Shown one piece after another: positions 1-13,732 of a stretch of DNA of 64,000 bases (the stretch's first letter is position 1; each line of letters begins with the position of its first letter). Under the pieces are notes generated by a model that worked only from the letters and a program-made list of their open reading frames with translations, did no database searches and was not told the origin of the DNA. Source of the DNA: Eledone cirrhosa. Its lineage: Eukaryota. The stretch lies in the NCBI GenBank assembly GCA_964016885.1, contig OZ024742.1:225680001-225744000 (forward strand), read 5' to 3'. The position numbers were made by a program, and so were the translations under genes.

Positions 1-657
1 AAGAAACCTCCTTTGAGATACAAACTTGAAGATGGCTGAGTTCAACCTGCACAAGCATGAGCTGTGAATTTCATTTTTCATTTCATCAAATGACTGGATG
101 ATTCTCAAATATATACATACAAATGTTTATAAATACATACATATGCATGCATTTACACACATCAACAAGAAGCTTGTAAAGGCCATGTTTTTCCTCCTAA
201 AGCACATGTTAACCTTGACAATATTTACGAAACAGTATTTTAGTCACCTCTTACAACACACAGAAATATATATCTATTCTAAACTGGATACACAACACAT
301 ACATTTACACACATATACGCACATTTCCAAATTCAATTCAAATGACATTGGTCAACCTAAAGCTGTAATAGAAGACATTTGTCCAAAGTGCCACACAGTG
401 GGACTGAACCCCAAACCACATGGTAGCTAAACAAACTCCTTAACCACACTATCATGCCTGCACCTATATAAATGACACATTTTATTGTATATTTATTCTT
501 TGTAATGATTATGTAACAACGACAATGGTAGCAAGATTTTTAAGGTTAAACCAAATGTTAGTCTTGCAGGGCCTCATATCTTAGTCGTGTCTTTCTTATT
601 CTTCCTCTTCCACTACTTCTACATTCATTTCCATCATTCTTCTCATCCCAGTTACTT

Positions 658-1065
658 TCATCATCATCATCATCATCATCATCACTGTTTTACATCCATT
701 CCTTCACACTAGCATGGGTTAGACGGGTTGTCCTGTTGTGGGCGATGTTAGGTCGGATGACCTTGTCTTGCTCATACAGGAACTGATTTAGGCTTGATTT
801 CTACAGTTGGATACCCTTCCTAACACCAACCTCATTTACAGTGAGTGCTGGGTGCTTTTTTTTCATGGTGCCTACATGACCACTTTACAGTGTGGGCTAG
901 GTGCTTTTTTGTCATGACACCTCCACAACCGCTTTGCAGTGGGTGGGGATGGGGGCATATTGTCTATATGCTTTAGCTTTGGCTTGTTCCCGTGGTAAGT
1001 CAGGTCTTCTGTATTACTGCCTGACGCCAGAGGTCACTTTCATTTTTCTCAATACGTGACCCAAC
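658..1065 (-). mobile_element. RTE-related 3' UTR fragment
   Basis: (cat)n tail, gcatgggttagacgg, cccttcctaacaccaacc and ggtcttctgtattactg, all shared with other RTE 3' ends. Confidence 0.65.
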
Positions 1066-1215
1066 CATCTCATTCCATTTCTCTTCACAATATTCACCAC
1101 GGGCTTTATTCCCTTCATCGTCTGCAATTCCTTGTTTGCCTTCCTCTCACTCACCAATACTCTTATGCATCAGACTATTCTCATAATTATAAAGATATGT
1201 TCATTTATATTTTAG

Positions 1216-1291
1216 TTGTTGTGCCAAATACTAAATAGAATTGCAACCCGCAATGGCATGTTTGAAAATGTGATTTCATTGCCTTTACCAG
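1216..1291 (+). CDS. RNF123: RNF123/KPC1 E3 ubiquitin ligase, internal coding exon (LLCQILNRIATRNGMFENVISLPLP-G)
   Basis: tttag acceptor, gtaag donor, 76 nt ending in phase 1. The peptide resembles the vertebrate RNF123 segment [26 protein letters not shown] (recalled) and joins in frame to the next exon. Confidence 0.85.
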
Positions 1292-2580
1292 GTAAGATAT
1301 ATATCTATTTGTATTTTGTCATAGTGTGATATTGGATAGTAAAACCTTTTGATACCAACCCACATGAAACCACATCTGGTTATACATACAAAGCTGTTTG
1401 TTTTAAAGTGCTTATATTTATCTAAAAACCTTCCATTATAGTTTTATGTAAGAACCTTTGTTATATTCCAAACACCAGCTTAATAATAAGAAAGTTAGTT
1501 TATTACTAAATCCTTCCAAATTCTTGATGATTAACAAAATAATCTGAAAACCATAAGCAGTTTCTTTCATTAGAAATATTGTAATGGAAGGGTCAATAAT
1601 GTATTTAATATGTATTCTATATTCGGAGACTTGTCTGTCATTATTTTCATTACTATTAATATGCTATATTTATATACATGAGGCCTCCTTTCATCATGAC
1701 TGACCATGGGTTTGCACCTAGAAAATTCCTCTTTAAGCTGCATGCTTGGGTAACAGTCACATATGCATACCAATTTTCCCTCTCCATAACACCAATGTTG
1801 GCAAAGGCAAAAGCCAATACAGTTTGGTGCCAATGTTGTCACACAACTCATTTTTTCCATTTGAGTGGAATGGAGCAGTGGGAAATAAAGTGTCTTGCTC
1901 AAGGATACAGTATGCTACCTAGTCTGAGAATCAAATACACAACCATACAATCTTAACCCCCTAAGCCATGCGCATTCACATTATATGTTTCCAGGAGGAT
2001 TTTTCAATCATGTCAAGGACGTGACAGCTTCCTTAGTGTTGATCTACATGATAAACGCAACCTGTACACACTGTAAAGTGGTTGGACATAGGGAGGTCAT
2101 CCAGCTGTAGAAAGCTCGTCAAACAAAGGGTAGAGAGGAATATTCAGTTGTATCAAAGATAACCTCCCCTGTGCGCTCGATAGAATGTAAGACCATACAT
2201 AAGTGAGATGCAGACCCATCAGCCTGTCAAGGAACTCAGGAGCCCCACTTCAGTACAACTTGGTCTATGTAGATCTGTCCAACTCTTGCTAGCAGGAAAA
2301 GTGGACATTAAACAATGATGACTATGATGATAATCTACTATAATTTCATACTGCAAATATGTTATGTCTATATATTCTAATGTATTTATGTAGAAATAGG
2401 TAGTAACTTAACCACTACCATGCCAGTCGATTAATTGATCTCTATCAATAAATCGACCCTCTGAAACGATTGTAAAACAATGAACTAACTGACTACCTAT
2501 ACCTGACTTCTGTTTATTTTATTGTTCTATGCACAAACACACACACCCATACATATATATATATATTTATTTATATATAT

Positions 2581-2850
2581 ATCATCATCATCTATCTTCC
2601 ACGTTAGCATGGGTTAGACGGGAATTGTCCCACTTGAGGCAAGATTGATCGGGTGACCGTGTCTCACTCGTATAGGACTATCTGGCAGGTTTTCAATGGC
2701 TGGATGCCCTTCTTAACACCGACCACATTTATAGTGTGGACTGGGAGATTTTTACCGTGTTACCTACACAACCATATTACAGCGTGGACTGTGTGTTTTT
2801 TTGTCGTGACACCTACACAACCTCATTAGTTTGGAATGGATGTTGTGGTA
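2581..2850 (-). mobile_element. RTE 3' UTR fragment, abutting a Helitron
   Basis: Colinear with 13856-14140 and has a (cat)n tail. Confidence 0.8.
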
Positions 2851-2852
2851 TA

Positions 2853-4023
2853 TCTATATATATAAAACTGTAGTTGTCTGTGTGTGTGTCCTCATTTTTG
2901 CAAAGTCTATACAAATCCACATTTCTACTCCGATTGAACTTCAAACATGCATTTATATATTCCTTGCGGTCTAAAGATATTAACTGCAGCTTTTATTTTT
3001 CAATTTTCTGTTGTTAAAGGGGTGTTAGGCACCAGTTATCCATCTCCATCGCGCCCTTATAATATCTGTCTGTATGCCTGGCTGTCTGCATTACGAGATT
3101 CTGACGAACATTGATGACATTATGTTCGTTATTTTCCGTTCATTACTAGGGAACATCTTCACGAACCAAAGTATCGTCTTCCTGTTTTCCTTTGGTTGCA
3201 ACGTTTTTTGAAATATTTACTTCTGTGTTCACAGATTGATTTTTTTTAGTTTCAGAAGATCCCGTTAAGGGTGCAAGCAGTGATTCTTTGCTTAAACTTT
3301 AATCTGTTATTTTAAAATATAATATAAACAAGGCAAGCCAGCCCAGTTGCACTTCTTGCCAATAAACATTAACCCTTTGTGCGCCATTCATCTAACTGTA
3401 GACCAACAAATACCAACTAAACGGAGCATTGACAAGAACGATGGCGAATGAATCTTCGAGGTAAGCAGTTTCCTCCCGAGCTGTTAGTTCACGCGGGATT
3501 CTCTGCTACACCTTCCTTTTCGTAATAATACCGAACAACGTACTGCTGGTCACTCCTTCCTCCAAAAGCCGTACAAAGCGGACATGTGCATCGGGCAGAT
3601 GGTTCAGGTGCAAATCTACACCAGGCCTACGCGAGAAATTCGCAAGGGACTGCACCGACAGGGATAGAGAGAAAGAGTAGCTTAGTGGAAAGAGTGCGAA
3701 TGAATGTTTGAGGCAAGTAGCCTACGCCTTACTGCTATGACACTGGAACCTTCTGCCAACTTAACCTGTGATTTTCTCTTTCACATTTACTCCAAAAGGC
3801 CAAAACAGAGGAGTATGAAAAGAAGGGGCTCAACAATATTTCTATGAACAATGCACGTCGACAGCTAAACTGTACTTTCAACTTCTTAATTTTCTCCAAA
3901 TAAAACAAGTTTCCTGTCGGTATATTTTCGTGAGCTTTTAACAGGCACTCACAAATAAATGTTTCTCATTGGAGGTGCTATTACCAATGTTCTTACCCGT
4001 GCAACGCTGGGATACACTGCTAG
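2853..4023 (+). mobile_element. Non-autonomous Helitron
   Basis: A|TCTATATATATAAAA 5' end; 3' cccgtgcaacgctggg hairpin, then CTAG|T; no TSD. Confidence 0.8.
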
Positions 4024-4049
4024 TTTATATATATATATATATACACACA

Positions 4050-4223
4050 CAGTGAAACTCTGTTATAATGGAATTCACAGGGTATAAAAATAATTTGTTG
4101 TAATGAAAAATTCTTTATAACGACCAAAACAAATTGAGCGTTTGTTATTACATCGAGGATTGAAAAAAATGTTGTTATACTGAAAAATTCGTTATAATGG
4201 TATTCGTTATAACGCAATTTTAC

Positions 4224-4226
<3 letters not shown>
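4050..4226. mobile_element. pogo/Tigger-like MITE
   Basis: Termini cagtgaaactctgttataa / ttataacgcaattttacctg, internal gttata repeats, embedded in TA/CA repeats. Confidence 0.65.
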
Positions 4227-4272
<46 letters not shown>

Positions 4273-4312
4273 TATTAATGTTATATCGATATGTTTATAC
4301 TTTCTACTCTAG

Positions 4313-4403
4313 GAATGGAAGTTGTCACACATTACCCAATTGTTGCTGCAACTGTGGGAATTCTCATTCGGTTAATTCTTTGTCCAACAGACACAGAGAG
4401 AAG
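4313..4403 (+). CDS. RNF123: RNF123 internal coding exon (GMEVVTHYPIVAATVGILIRLILCPTDTERR)
   Basis: ctctag acceptor, gtaag donor, 91 nt with phases 1/2 matching both neighbours. Resembles GLESVDHYPILVAVTGILVQLL of RNF123. Confidence 0.88.
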
Positions 4404-4704
4404 GTAAGAATTGGGTTGTGATGAGGTGTGGTGATGGGTTGTGTTATATCTATGGAGTTACTTACTGTCAATCTTTTAGAAGTCAGAGAGAGATGGTGAG
4501 ATTTAGGATAGAGTTCGGTGGTGTCTTAGCTGTGGGCTTACTTTCTATTTATCAAGAGCAACTGAAATTTTAGAAGATAAAGAGAGATGATAAGGGTGGT
4601 GGGTTGTCTTATAGCTGTGGAGTTACTTGCTGTCTATCAAGATCACTTGAAATTTTAGAAGCAAATAAGACAAGAATAGTACTTTTTGCTATTAAAATGC
4701 TCAG

Positions 4705-4940
4705 TAAACATCATCATCTACGTTAGCATCATCATCATAAGCATTATCATCACAACCATCACCTACATCGCAACCACCTTCATTATCATCACCACAACCA
4801 TCACCACCACCACCACAATCATCACCACTAACTACCATTGTCACCACCATTATCACGATCACTCCTATCACCATCGTCACTACCTCTATCACACCATCAA
4901 CATTACTGTCATCGTCATTATCATCATCATCATCATATTA
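4705..4940. repeat. Degenerate (CAT/CAC)n trinucleotide tract
   Basis: Seen directly. Confidence 0.9.
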
Positions 4941-5144
4941 CATCCGTTTTCCCTGCTAGCATGGATTTGTTGGATCATTAAAGTTCATCAAATATATAAT
5001 ACCAAGTGTACAAGAACACATGAAGCATTTAAAGCTATTTCCCCGCCTACCAGAGTTATTTCCCTTGCTATAGTTCCTTTACTTTTGGGACTACCAAGAG
5101 ACACCCACAGTATGGTTTTTACAGGTGGTACCACGATAAAATAC

Positions 5145-5551
5145 AGTCAGTACCCTCCATAATGTGATAGTACTGGTGTTGTGATAAAATGTACCCAGTA
5201 CATTCTATAAAGTGGTAGTGCTGTTGTCACAGTAGAATGTACCCAGTACAGTCTGTAAAGCATTAGTGTTGGTGACCCGATATAATATATGCTGTACACT
5301 CTGTAAAGTGGTAGTACTGCTGCCATGATGAAATACACAATATACTATGTAAAGTGGTAGCTCTGGCACAACAATATAATGTATCCAGTACATTTATAAA
5401 GTTGTGGTGCTGGTACCACAATAAAATGCATGCAATACATTCTGTCAAATGGTAGTGCTGATTCCGCAATAAACTGTGTCTAGTTTACTATGTGATAATG
5501 CTGGTGTCACAATAAAATGAACCCACTACACACTGTAAAGCAGTGCTGGCG
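5145..5551. repeat. Degenerate 48-bp tandem array, resuming at 12020-12440
   Basis: Unit ataaaatgtacccagtacactctgtaaagtggtagtactgctgccatg, with cccagta at 5194 and 5242. Similar arrays at 42180-42520, 18715-18850 and 16400-16530. Confidence 0.85.
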
Positions 5552-5964
5552 CTACAAAATTATTAACCATCTTGCCAACAACAACCCTGAGTACCTTTTT
5601 GAATTCCATGTGTCTAACACACGTGGGCATGCCTACAAAGTCAGAAAACCGCACAGCTTCCGTAACTTTCGGAAACATTTTTTCACACTCAGAGTTGCTG
5701 AAACATGGAACAAACTACCTGCATCAGTTGTTAGCTGTTGGGACACTGCATCCTTGAAAACCTCCATGCTTCCTGAAATTCGCCAACGTTACATCTGATA
5801 TCCCCGCTCCATACACATGCACACATGTATCTGTGTGTATATATCATGACTCATACACTGTTCACTTTCCTGACAGTTGTACATTATTCTATGTACTATC
5901 CATGCACCTTTGATGAGTTGTAGTGCACTTGAGCACTGTACACAATAATTTTATTATTATTATT
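5552..5964 (+). mobile_element. 5'-truncated CR1/L2-group LINE 3' end
   Basis: YKIINHL...NTRGHAYKVRK...RKHFFTLRVAETWNKLPASVV is a typical CR1-group ORF2 C-terminus, followed by a 3' UTR and a (TTA)n tail. Confidence 0.8.
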
Positions 5965-6060
5965 ACAGTTGCATTTATCTTGCTTTATGTTCATACGAGT
6001 TATCACCAAGTCAGAACCAGTAACCTCAAGCGACAACAAGGTCCGCCATGTTCAAAAAAG

Positions 6061-6162
<102 letters not shown>

Positions 6163-6286
6163 CATCTTTAGGTGTTTAGACTTGTGATGTACTTATATTG
6201 ACAGAATCTTCCTTAGTATATGGGCAGTTCCCATTAGTACTATCTTTTAAATTTCTTCTATACACGGGTTATTATTATTATTATTA

Positions 6287-9200
6287 ATGGACGCACATGT
6301 ATGAAGACGTACAAGTCTGCAGGGGAAAAGGTTCGTAACTTTAAGCTGTTTTAAAGTATCATTTTTTGTATTTTCTTGTCGTTAACGAAGCATAAGGTAC
6401 CCACCTTGGTTCTAAGGAAGGGAGACCACTCAATATTCGGGCTTTAAGCCCAAATACTCAGATTTACTTTTAAAAACTTCGAAAAAAATCGCTTCCTCAC
6501 CAAAAAAAAATGGAAATTTTCGACTTTGAAACGGTAAACAACGTACAGGTCAAAAGTTCAAAAACAGCCACAATAGATCTCATCACAACTACTACTACTA
6601 CTACAGACATGCCTGTTGTTCATTCCACTGAATGTGAAGGCAAAACACAAAAGTTACCATCACAACCGCTCCCTTCTGTGATATTAGCAGTACCATCTCA
6701 AAACGACATCACCACCATCACCATAACAATAACACCGACAGCCTCAATGTAAACACTGATGGCGGTGGCAACAACAACAACACCAACAACAACAACAGCA
6801 AGAACGACAACACCAACAAAAGCAACAGAGGCACCACCTTTGCAGCGGCAGCAGCGAAAACAAAGCGCTTATTGAATGTTGATATTAGCGATAAGGACCA
6901 ACAGTTGGCTCAGGCATGGAGGTTAATTAAACAGGAGAAGTCTTGGGCAAACCTGACCATCCCGGGCAGGGCAATAGTGGCCATGCAAAGGAGGACAATG
7001 TACTTTCGATGCATTTAGTGCAGACACGCAAAGTGGAACTTGCCAGCCAAACAGAGGTCAAGGCTGCTTTGAAGTTCATCGGAAGTGACATCAAGTATAA
7101 ACCAAGGGCCAAGCAGTTCGGTACCATCTCGGTACTGTTCAAAACCGAGGCCCTTGCTATTAAGCACTCGGTGACCCCTTGCAGAACGGAAACGCATTAT
7201 CATGCACCCGTCCTACATGGACAAAAGGACAGTAAAGGTCCGCATTGTCAGGAATGAACATATGGTGGCTCCTGGGATGCGTAATCGAGGAGGGGACAGG
7301 CACTACCCTCCTGGATATCAAAAGAACAGAGAGAGAAGACTGGTCCGGAATGGATTTGGAGATTTTTCTCCAAATAAAACTAGAGGACATCAACAACATA
7401 CCGGATTTTGCCCGCCTGCAGGTTGGGACAACAATCCAATTAATCACTGAGGGAAGAAGGCCGCAATGCTTCATCTGCGGAGAAGCAACGCATCTGCAAG
7501 CCTTCTGTCCTCAGCTCAAAAATTCAGGGAGTCGCAAACCTCCTTTGTTGCCAACACCAACAATGACACAGGTAAGCCCACCAACATCAAAAACAGTCAG
7601 ACCAGCACCGAAACCAATCCAAGGGGAAAACGAGGAAAGCTCTCCCGACAAAACAATAAATGTACACACAGACACAGATACATTCACAGCCACAGATCCT
7701 TCGTCTTCCAGCAGTGAAGATGAAGGAAAACCCAAAAGTGCCAAAAAACAAAAGACAAAACTCACCAAAAAAAAGCCCCAACAAAACACAAAAACATACA
7801 CAGCAAAAAATACAGACACCACTAATGCAAACACTTCCCCAATAACATCAACACCAACATCAACATCACAATCCCTGAAACGCAAACAACCTAAACAAAC
7901 ACAAGAACAAATAAACACACAGACACCTGAAATTGCAGACACTACACCTACAACAAACACAAACATACCCGAAACAACACCACCAAAACGAAAACAAATA
8001 AAACCACACCAACAAAACATTAAAATCTTCGTGCTTCTCAGAAGGGCCAACGATAAATTGATGGCCTTCTTAACACGAAGCAAGGACATCCAAACAGAGG
8101 GGGAGATCTTTGAATTGAACACATTTTGCGTGCCAGAAGATTTGCTTCTGGTGCGAATGTCGCTCAATTCCTACAAAGAAATTTGAGAGAGCTTTCCTCA
8201 AGACATGGGAACCCCGAACGTGAAACCCACATCAAGACTTTTAAAGGGGTTCCCAAAAGAAACCCATGGAGGTCGAACCACCCGACCTTCACAAGACCCT
8301 GGGAGGTAAGTAAACCTTCCCTCTCTCTTTTAGCTTGTCATCATGGCCATATTAAGAGTAGGAAATTTAAATGTTCGCGGCCTGGGGTCACCCTAGAAGC
8401 AGGGTTGCCTGCTCAACGACCTCAGGTCTCTGGAAATGGATGTGATCACCGTCAGCAAGACCAGGATTTCCGACGCGCGCACTAGCCCCCATTTTTGACG
8501 ACTATCAGATCTTCGCATATGTTAGCAGGCCAGGAATGGGAGGTGGGGTGGCAGTGCTGTTTAAGAAAGGTCTGGATCTCGAGGTAAGGTCGATCATCCA
8601 GGACCCGGACGGTAAGTTGGTGGTCCTGGATGTGAGCAATAGCAAAGGTGGTGCCTTTAGACTGCTGGCCATCTACTGGGGCCGGACGACCGGACTTCTT
8701 TAGGTGCCTGGAAACTTTTCTGGGTACGTCTTGCCCTCTACTGTTAGCGGGGGACTGGAACGGCATCTTAGACGCACGCTGGGATTGTGTGGGAGTAGCT
8801 GATAGGAGCGGGGGTGCAAAAGCCTCAAACATCTAATCAGCCAGTTCCAACCGTCTGACAGATATCAACTAGATTTCCCCAATGCGCCAGTGTGGACATG
8901 GACCAACTGCATAGGGTCATCTAGATCGTATATAGACAGGATCTTCATTAGGAAAATAGATAGAAATAGTGTAGGCTGCCCAATTTTTAAAACGGTCGCC
9001 TATTCAGATCACAAATTTGTGATCTGTTTAGTCGACCTAGATAAAATATGTAGGTTGGGACCAGATTATTGGAAGCTGAACATGTCAATTTCCGGCTTGT
9101 AAGGCTTACAGGAACCGAGTCAACAATTTAGTTAAGCAAAAGTTGACAGGGGGATCATCAACAACAGATGCTGGGAGGCTCTCAAAAGAGAGATTAGAGT

Positions 9201-11990
9201 AACTTCGATAGAGTTCAGCAAAGAACTAGAACTAGCATTAGAGAAAAATAGAAAGGAGGGGTAGCTGGTAGATAAGTTAGACGGGGCTATTTGTAGTGGC
9301 ATTGCAACTGACGTGCTAGTGGCGAGAATAGCATTAGACCATTTCTTCAATGCGAAACATGAAGGTTGCATTGTCAGAGCTAAGGCGTGTGCGCTGAGAA
9401 ACGAGGGAACCAAAGCTGTTCGATGGGGCCGTGTGGCAGAGGTGCAGCGTGGTAATAAAACCAGAATTCGGTCTTTGGCGGATGTGTGAGGCCTTTCGCC
9501 AGCACTTTGCTCGGTTGTTCGGGGGGGAGTGGTGAGTCAGAGAGAGTAGCGGATTTCAATCCCTACCTTGATGGCTTGCCGCGCATCTCGCCGGTTGACG
9601 CTGAGCGCTGCGAAAGGCCGATTACTTCAGCCGAAATTCAGGACGCCCTTGTCGGCTGCATGAGGCACAAGTCACCTGGTTTGGATGGCCTGCCCTACGA
9701 GCTTTATGTAAATATGCCAGACTTGTTCTCTGATCTCCTCAAATCACTCTACTGCAACTAGCAGCAGAATGGGAGTATTCCCAGTTCTGTGAGCAGGGGA
9801 GTGGTGACGCTAAGGAAAGACGAGAACAAGAGAGATACATTAGACAACTTCAGGCCCATAACTCTGCTCAACACAGAGTTTAAGATTTTGGCCAAGGTGT
9901 TAGCAAAGAGATTGGCGCTTGTCATCGAGGATTTGGTTGGGGAGGCGCAAACATGCGCTATCCCAGCCAGGTTCATACACGACAATCTCCACCTCGTGCG
10001 ATACATCATAGAGAGGGTAGGGTGTAAACCTGGCTTCGGTGGGGCACTGATCAATTTAGATCAATCGAAAGCATTTGATAGGGTCGACCATCGGTATCTG
10101 GAGTTTGTCCTCAAAGCAGCTGGCTTCGGCCCTGTCTTCAGAAGGTGGATCGCTGCAATGCACAGCGGCACACGCTCGGTGGTCAAGGTTAATGGCCACC
10201 TCTCGGAACCATTTCGGCTCTCCCAATCGGTCTGTCAAGGGTGCCCTCTCTCTTCCCTTCTGTACGTATTGACTCTCGAGCCTTTACTGTGGAAGCTGGA
10301 GCTGTTGCAGGGCATCCTGCTCAAACTGGGATGTGGAAAGGCGGTGTCGGCTTATGCGGACGACATCACCGTGATGGTGGCGGACACCTCAGAAATCGAG
10401 GTGGTTGGCACGTTATTGAGGAATATGAAAGGTTGACAGGAGCCAAACTTGACCCGGAAAAGTCGGTGGGCTTGCAGCTCGGAACCTGGAGAGGCAAGCC
10501 TATGCCGTCCAACAGCGTCGTGGGGCGCTGGACGGACGGACCGGTAAAGTTGCTCGGGTTTGGTTCGGACCAGACCTTCAGGTGGAAAAGAATTGGGACG
10601 AGGTAACGAGCAGAGTAGCCAGTCTCACCCAAAAATGGGCTGGGGGGAAGCTATCACTGAAAGGTCACGCGCGTGGAGGTAGTGAATGCGTACATCCCGT
10701 CCGTCATCTACTACCGCCTGACCGTTGTGCCTTGCCCCCATCCGCGCCTCGTCAAGTTGGAACGGCTCCTCTTCAAATTCTTGTGGAAGGGACAAGTTCC
10801 GTTGGTGAGGCGGTCCATCTGCTGCCAGCACCCTCTACGTGGAGGGCTGGGCATGCCGTGGCTAATGATGCGCAGACATGTGTTGAGGCTGCGACATTTC
10901 CAGATATTCTGCCTAAACGGTGAACAGGTGTGGTCGCCGTTTATCAGACAGGCCTTTCCACAGCTTGTTTCTTTCACTGAGCTGCAAGAAGAGACCGAGA
11001 CTGGGTGACTGGCACCTGGAATGTTGCCAGGCACTTACTGCCCTCTACCAAGTGGGCAATGTGATCAGTGGAACTTCCACTCTCGAGTTCTATAGAGGAT
11101 TAGTGGTGGGCAAGTGTGATGACGCACTCGGAGAAGATTTGGGCCTTGACGAAGTCAAACTGACCAGTCTGTACCGGAGGACTTTCGAGCCGGGGACGAT
11201 GGACAATTTCCAGAAATCCCTGGGGGTACTGCCAGTTCGGGATAAACTCTACAGGCACGGAAGTGCTGTCAGACGGACCTGCCCTAGATGCACACAGAGC
11301 GACGACACCGTTCTGCATGCACTTTTCCAATGTCCGTGCATTGCTGACTTGTGGAGTTATGTCGAACAGCTACTGTCGTGTGTGGAACGAATCCGGCTAT
11401 TGGCCGAGTCCATAGTGAAGATTGACCCACTGCCTTCCTTAGGTCAGGAAGAGCAGGCAATTTCCCTCTGTCTGGTGGCAGTTGCGAAAGAGATTATATG
11501 GTGGACCAGATTAAAATGACTGAAGGCAGACACTTTTCTCTTCGGCCAATCTCGCATCAACTTCTTCAAGTTTCACCTGGAAAGGAAGGTGAGGGTGGAG
11601 AGAGAAGTTCTGCCCCCCCCCCCCCCCCCTCCCAGTACATTTGCTAAAAGGTGGATGAATGTGGCGAGAATGGCCCGGGTGAGTGGGCCTACTCTGACCA
11701 TGCGCCTATAGGCTAACTAACTTGAGGAGAGGGGTGCTCTCCCTGGGTGCCCTAGAAGTGCAGGGTGGTTCAGGATTGGTGGGGTACCTAAGTCACCCCT
11801 GGGTCGTCAACCCTCTATAGGAGAATTTATTTTGTTATATTTATGCATAGTTTATTTTATATTTTTTATATCTTCATTGTTAAATTAGTCTTGCCATTGT
11901 GCACCTTTACTCAACCTTATTGTAAACCCCCCACTCTCCCTGTCTTTGTATTGTCCCCTATATGTCGGCCCTTGTGGCTAATAAATGAAA

Positions 11991-12020
<30 letters not shown>
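6287..12020 (+). mobile_element. Near-full-length, decayed Tx1/L1-clade non-LTR retrotransposon in an RNF123 intron
   Basis: ORF1 remnants (6510-8186) carry a CCHC knuckle, CFICGEATHLQAFC. ORF2 runs from ATG 8343 (MAILRVGNLNVRGL) through APE motifs (GDWN, SYIDRIF, SDH), RT (KSPGLDGLP, FRPITLLNTEFKILAK, DQSKAFDRVDH, QGCPLS, YADD) and a C-terminal CPRC...HALFQC finger to about 11711. Several stops and frameshifts. AATAAA at 11980 and an (ATT)n tail. Confidence 0.93.
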
Positions 12021-12021
<1 letters not shown>

Positions 12022-13258
12022 AAAATGTATGCAGTACACACTGTAACATAGTATTGCTTGGGCCATGATAAAATACACCCAGTACAATCTGTTAAATAGT
12101 AATGTTGATGCCTTAATAAGATGCACCCACTACATTCTGTAAAGTGGTAGCATTGGTACCTGGATAAAATGCATCCAGTACACCCTATAAAGTAGTAGTG
12201 TTGATACCATGATAAAATAAAATATACCCAGTACACTCTGTAAGGTAGTAGTGCTGCTACCAGAGTAAAATGCATTGAGTACATGCTGTATATTGGTAGT
12301 ACTGGTGACATGATAAATTAAACTCAGTATATACTGTAGAGTGTTAGTATTGCTGCCATAGTATAATATGCCCAGTACACTCTTCAAATTGGTAGTACTG
12401 ATAGCAGGGTAAACTGTATCCAGTACACTTTATAAAGTGTTTGACATCCAGCCATAAGAAACATGCCAAAAGTGGAACATATGAGTAAGATATTGACCTC
12501 TGACTTCTCTAGGAGGGCAGTAACTCTAAGCAAGAACTGACTTAGTTCATAACAATCCAGCCAAGCCATGCCAGCACTCTATGTATGTTGGAAGTGACAA
12601 CAAAAAAGGTAGGCACCAGGCAAGCCATTAGCTTGTAAAACATTGTCTGAATAAAGATTCCAAGATTAGTCTGAAACCTGTCAATGAACCTGCATGGCCA
12701 ATACTTCTGCAGTAGCAGGTAAAATGACCTTAAAACACTTGTTATTGTTGTTGTGTAAGGGCAGTAGATTAGCAATATCAGTAGAGCATCAGACAACATG
12801 CTTTGTGGGGTATAGTTACAGCCTTTTGTATTCTGTGTTCAAATCCTACCAAGGTTAATTTTACCATTCGTCATTATGAGATCAATAAAATGAAGTACCG
12901 GTAATGCACTGGTTTCGATTTAATTGACTTTCTCCTCTCCCCAAATTGTTGGTATTGTGCCTAAATCAGAAACAATTGTTGTGTGAGAGCAGTGGATTTG
13001 CCATATCATTAAAGCATTGGACAACATGCTCTGTGGCAAATAGTTACAGCCCTTTACATTCTGATTTCAAATGCCATTGAAGTTAGCTTTGCCTTTCATC
13101 CTTACAGGATCGATAAAACAATAATTTAATTGGCTTTCTTCTCCCCCAAAGTTGTTAGCTTTGTGTCTAAATCAGAAACTATTATTATTGTGTAAGGAAG
13201 ATTTTATCTGTTTTGTCTTTTGTATTAAGTGCTATTTTTTAAATTTAATTTATTTCAG

Positions 13259-13392
13259 GGACGTCCGAGTTTGCAGCATTCTTCTATCCGAACCATTGTT
13301 CCAGATAAACTCCCTCAACTTCCTCTTGGGACACGATGAATCTATTGATGTTGATGTCACAACTTACAAGAAACAGTTCAACCTCAGAGACA
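13259..13392 (+). CDS. RNF123: RNF123 internal coding exon (DVRVCSILLSEPLFQINSLNFLLGHDESIDVDVTTYKKQFNLRD)
   Basis: tttcag acceptor, gtaggt donor, phase-consistent. Resembles ATSVLLADPCFQLRSICYLLG...KRFSLQ. Confidence 0.88.
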
Positions 13393-13671
13393 GTAGGTGT
13401 AATTTACTTCACCTCTTCCTTATCGTGTACACACACACTTGAAGCATACATATAGTATGCACCTTTACCCCACCCTATTCTTTCATACACCTCCCATGAG
13501 GACAGGCTGAAGCATACATCTAGTGAAGCTCCCAGCCCACACTGTAAAGTGGTCATGATGGCCTCACGACAAAAAGCCCGCAGCCCACACTGTAAAGTAG
13601 TCATGACGGCGACACAACAAAAAGCACCCAGCTCACACTGTAAAGGTGTCATAACAAAAATCACCCAGTAC

Positions 13672-13732
<61 letters not shown>

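Noticed and set aside
4686-5162. 158-aa His/Thr/Ile-rich ORF
   Set aside because: It derives from a CAT/CAC trinucleotide tract inside an RNF123 intron.
7511-8167. 218-aa hydrophobic antisense ORF
   Set aside because: It is the shadow of the A/C-rich Tx1 ORF1 on the opposite strand.
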